Origin: Octopus bimaculoides
Lineage: Eukaryota
Assembly: GCF_001194135.2 (NCBI RefSeq)
Contig: NC_068995.1
Coordinates: 3,799,232-3,863,231, forward strand
DNA length: 64,000 nucleotides
Direction of reading: 5' to 3'
A program made the translations under genes and the position numbers. Below, one piece after another: positions 60,663 through 64,000 of the stretch. A model generated the notes under the pieces. That model had not been told where the DNA came from. It saw nothing but the letters and a program-made list of their open reading frames with translations, and did no database searches. Numbering within the stretch: position 1 is the first letter of the stretch; each line of letters begins with the position of its first letter.

Positions 60663-63102
60663 CCCTCTTCTGCTAGGTCATTTGGTTTTTATTTCATTAA
60701 CACTTGCTTTACTCTATTATTCTATTTAATAATTATTTCCTTTTTGTTGTTAAATGTCAAGACACTTGACACACGAACTTTTCTTCTTCAATACTGTCTT
60801 CTTTTTACCTTCCATAGAATGTTCCAGAAATGTAATATTAATTTACTAATACTCCAGAGATTTCCTTTTCCAACTTGCAGTTTGAACATTAACGTTTACC
60901 AAAAAAAAGTAAAATAAAATATAAAAAGAAAACTAAACTAAATGAAAATAACAAATAAATAAAAACAAGCGAAAATTAATTAATTATCGAGAAACACTTC
61001 AAAGCCGTAATCAATGGTAATTTTAGGAGATGTTTCAAGAATATTCTGTTATGTAATGATACATCAAAGGCTTTTAGAGATTAATCAAAGACAATTTTTC
61101 CTTCATTCTCCACAAGCTCTCAATAGAATTTTCATCTTCTTTTACTGATTTGCGTCTGACATACAATATTCTTCAATGCTAATAATAGCAGGGGTCTCTG
61201 ATCTTCACGTGAATACTGTAGCTATTGGGGTTTATAACCTTATCCGTCCTTAAAGGGCAAGAGGGTCTTAGATGATTCATTCGAAATTTTCAGCCGTTGT
61301 CTCTTGTTTACGGCGCACAGAAAACACTTTTTATTCCATGTTTAATGCACGAACATTAGAGAACATGCTGTGACAACCAGAAAGGTATTTTGAAAAAGGT
61401 TCTTAAAACACGCTTGCTGTTTGTATAGAGGGATCTCGGAAAGATATAGAAATTTCATCGGTCCAGTTTTCTTCAATAAAGTGACATATTAGTAATAAAC
61501 TAAAGGATTGAAATGGCGCTAAACGTTGCCCTTTTTATTAGAACACAGTCAAACATCTAAACTAAGACTGATTAAATTTCATTGACTAGACATCAAACAT
61601 TGGTTAGATACACTCTATTTTAAATAGACACCAAGCGTCTTGTGATAAAGGTTTGAGACTTAGAATAAAACAAAGTGTAATGATTTCCAAATGAAGAACA
61701 ACGATGCGAAATACGTGAATATATCACAGGCATGGAAATGACATGATGAGGATTGTTATTAATATTTTAAATGCATTAATGGAAGAAATTATGCTTTACG
61801 TATATTCAACCAGCAGGCGAATTTCCAGCAACCTTCTGCTCGCAGTATGGTGGATATTGAACCTATATATATATTTAGTTGGTGTCTTTTTAAAAGAGAT
61901 TATATTTAATCAACATTTGGAATCGTAATCCGATTAAATGTAATTCACCTTCGTTTTAATTCGAAAGAGTGTTCTTATTTTTAATCTGTCGTAGTTGTAA
62001 AAATAACTAAACCTTCCAAAGTTTTATCAACGGACGTTGCAGGAATGCATGCTTTGCATGCACAAGTTAAAGGCAATTAGACTTATTGAACAACTCCAAA
62101 TTAAATAGATTTAGTTCACTGGTGTCATGCCAACTGTTTGGATAGTATTTCTATGAACTTTATACAAGTCAAGATTTCATATCTTATTCAGAAGTAAGTT
62201 GATCACCGAATAATAATTTGACCTTTGTGTGATTGACAGGCCGCTTATGTTCCGAAATAATTGGAATTATATTGTTTCATATAGAACTTCTAGAAAATAA
62301 CACTATTTATGTTATTAGATGTCGGTAAATCAGTGAAAATATTTCGAGATGATGGCATATAGGATTGCCAACTCATGGAACTAGAGCCAACGAGAGCACC
62401 TCTGCAAGGCTATTCAAACTGATAAGGATAGCAGCCACATCTTCCTCAAACCATACTCTGCTCCCTTAAAAAGAACGACTAGAAGTAAATAACGCAAATA
62501 TGCTGCCTTGTTTCAACATGGCTGGCATGCATTTATATTATCAATTATAGTTTTACAAATATTATGAATAAATCGTTATTTGCATTGTGAATAAATCGAA
62601 TGTTTTATGAAGACAAAGTCACCGTAAAAAAATGTGTCCACTTGTGACGAACACAACAGAGATTAGCATATTTGTGTTCGAACCTGCTGCAGCATATTAA
62701 GAATAAATATTCAAGTCATCAACAAATGTTAATATTGATCAAGAATCTATAATGATTATATTTTATCGATCTATTTTAGAAGAGGAAATTGTGTTAGTAG
62801 ATTGATATATCTTCCATGCTTTATTTGTTTTAATAATGAAGATGCTTTAATCACAGTTCACAACAATTGTTTCTGTGCAATGATAACAACTGTTAGTTGC
62901 TTAGTTTTCTATATCATGCTGTTACATAAGTAAACATGATCCAGCAGCAGCTGTGTACCGGCATGTCGTCGGGCGAGTAGCATGAGTTCTACATGTATAT
63001 CCAGCAAAAGGAATAAATTCCTACTGTATGATGACACATGGTAGCCGATAACCATATAGGCGCTTTGAAACGTACATTATAAGGTTATTACCAGAGGACA
63101 TT

Positions 63103-63104
<2 letters not shown>

Positions 63105-63162
<58 letters not shown>
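63105..63162. repeat. (CA)n microsatellite
   Basis: Direct reading. Confidence 0.98.
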
Positions 63163-63165
<3 letters not shown>

Positions 63166-64000
63166 ATGTTCAGTAGAGTAGAATATCTACAAAATATTCA
63201 GGACATTAACACTTCCACACTAAGAATTTATTTGTAAAATTTACTAAATGAAATTATAAACAATTTGCACAAAAACTTGTAATTGTTTGAACAATACGTT
63301 TATAGTTTTTAGCTCTTCAACCAAATGCCCACTATATCAAATTTCCACGATTTATTTTATTAATTATCTTAATTTCTTTTCGTGCTTTGTGTTCCATTCT
63401 TAAAAGAAAGGAAGTCAAAAATGAAAATTGTTAAGGTGTGTTCATTGTTTCCGGCGAAAAAAAAAAACTGAAATTTTCTTTAATGCACGGCGTTTTATTG
63501 AAGTATTTTATAGCCGCCATCTTTCATTGTGAGTCATTGCACTTGGTGAAATTATATAAAAATATTTCCAGAAGAGCTGGGTGAAATAATCTAACAATAG
63601 AATAATTAATAATCGCAAACGTTAATTATGAAACAACCATATTTTAGAATTATTTTTCACTGAATTTATATTAGAATCAACAATAGCTTTTCTTTCACAT
63701 CTGAAAGAAATCTTAGAATATTATTCAAATTAGCTGGCGAAATACAAATAATAATAAAGGTAGCTATTTTGCTGTAAACGAGAAACTATAACATGTATTT
63801 CGTGTTATGCTGATAGCAACCGAAACTATGGAACGAAATTGAAGACATAATTGCCAAGTTTAAATATAATGAAACAAATTATAGGATTGTATTTCATTTA
63901 AATTGCAATAATAGGAAAATAGGATTGTAAACATTTGTGGAGTTACTGAAGACTATATATGCATACATATATATATATATATATATATACACATAAATGT

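Noticed and set aside
62105-62199. Candidate exon ending TCAGAA|GTAAGT (YFYELYTSQDFISYSE)
   Set aside because: The donor is good but the acceptor is poor, and the protein-like pieces lie in different frames separated by stops.

Overview
AT-rich eukaryotic (animal) genomic DNA from a draft assembly with 8 N-gaps, most next to (AT)n tracts. The SINE families, microsatellite load and LINE fragments look like an octopod cephalopod, probably Octopus; this rests on recognising repeats from memory, not on a database search. There is no complete protein-coding gene, rRNA, true tRNA or CRISPR array, and nearly all ORFs in the supplied track are translated microsatellites or gaps. The window contains: (i) more than 30 copies of at least 4 tRNA-related SINE families; (ii) 3' fragments of a CR1-type LINE, two RLE-type (R4/Dong-like) retrotransposons and an L1/Tx1-like LINE; (iii) DNA-transposon relics, including a hAT MITE with TIRs and an 8-bp TSD, a 390-bp fold-back element and a mariner 3' end; (iv) minisatellites with 17, 18, 22 and about 240 bp units; (v) weak signs of a plus-strand host gene, namely a promoter-like region with ATG|GTGAGT near 27.9 kb and a symmetric 144-bp exon at 39.6 kb. 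The most interesting signal is a scattered set of sequence-diverse minimal type-I hammerhead ribozyme motifs of the Penelope-like-element kind (24.0, 21.4, 41.6, 10.1 and 49.2 kb plus degenerate copies), almost all on the minus strand. Most SINE and degenerate-TE boundaries are approximate (about 10-20 bp).
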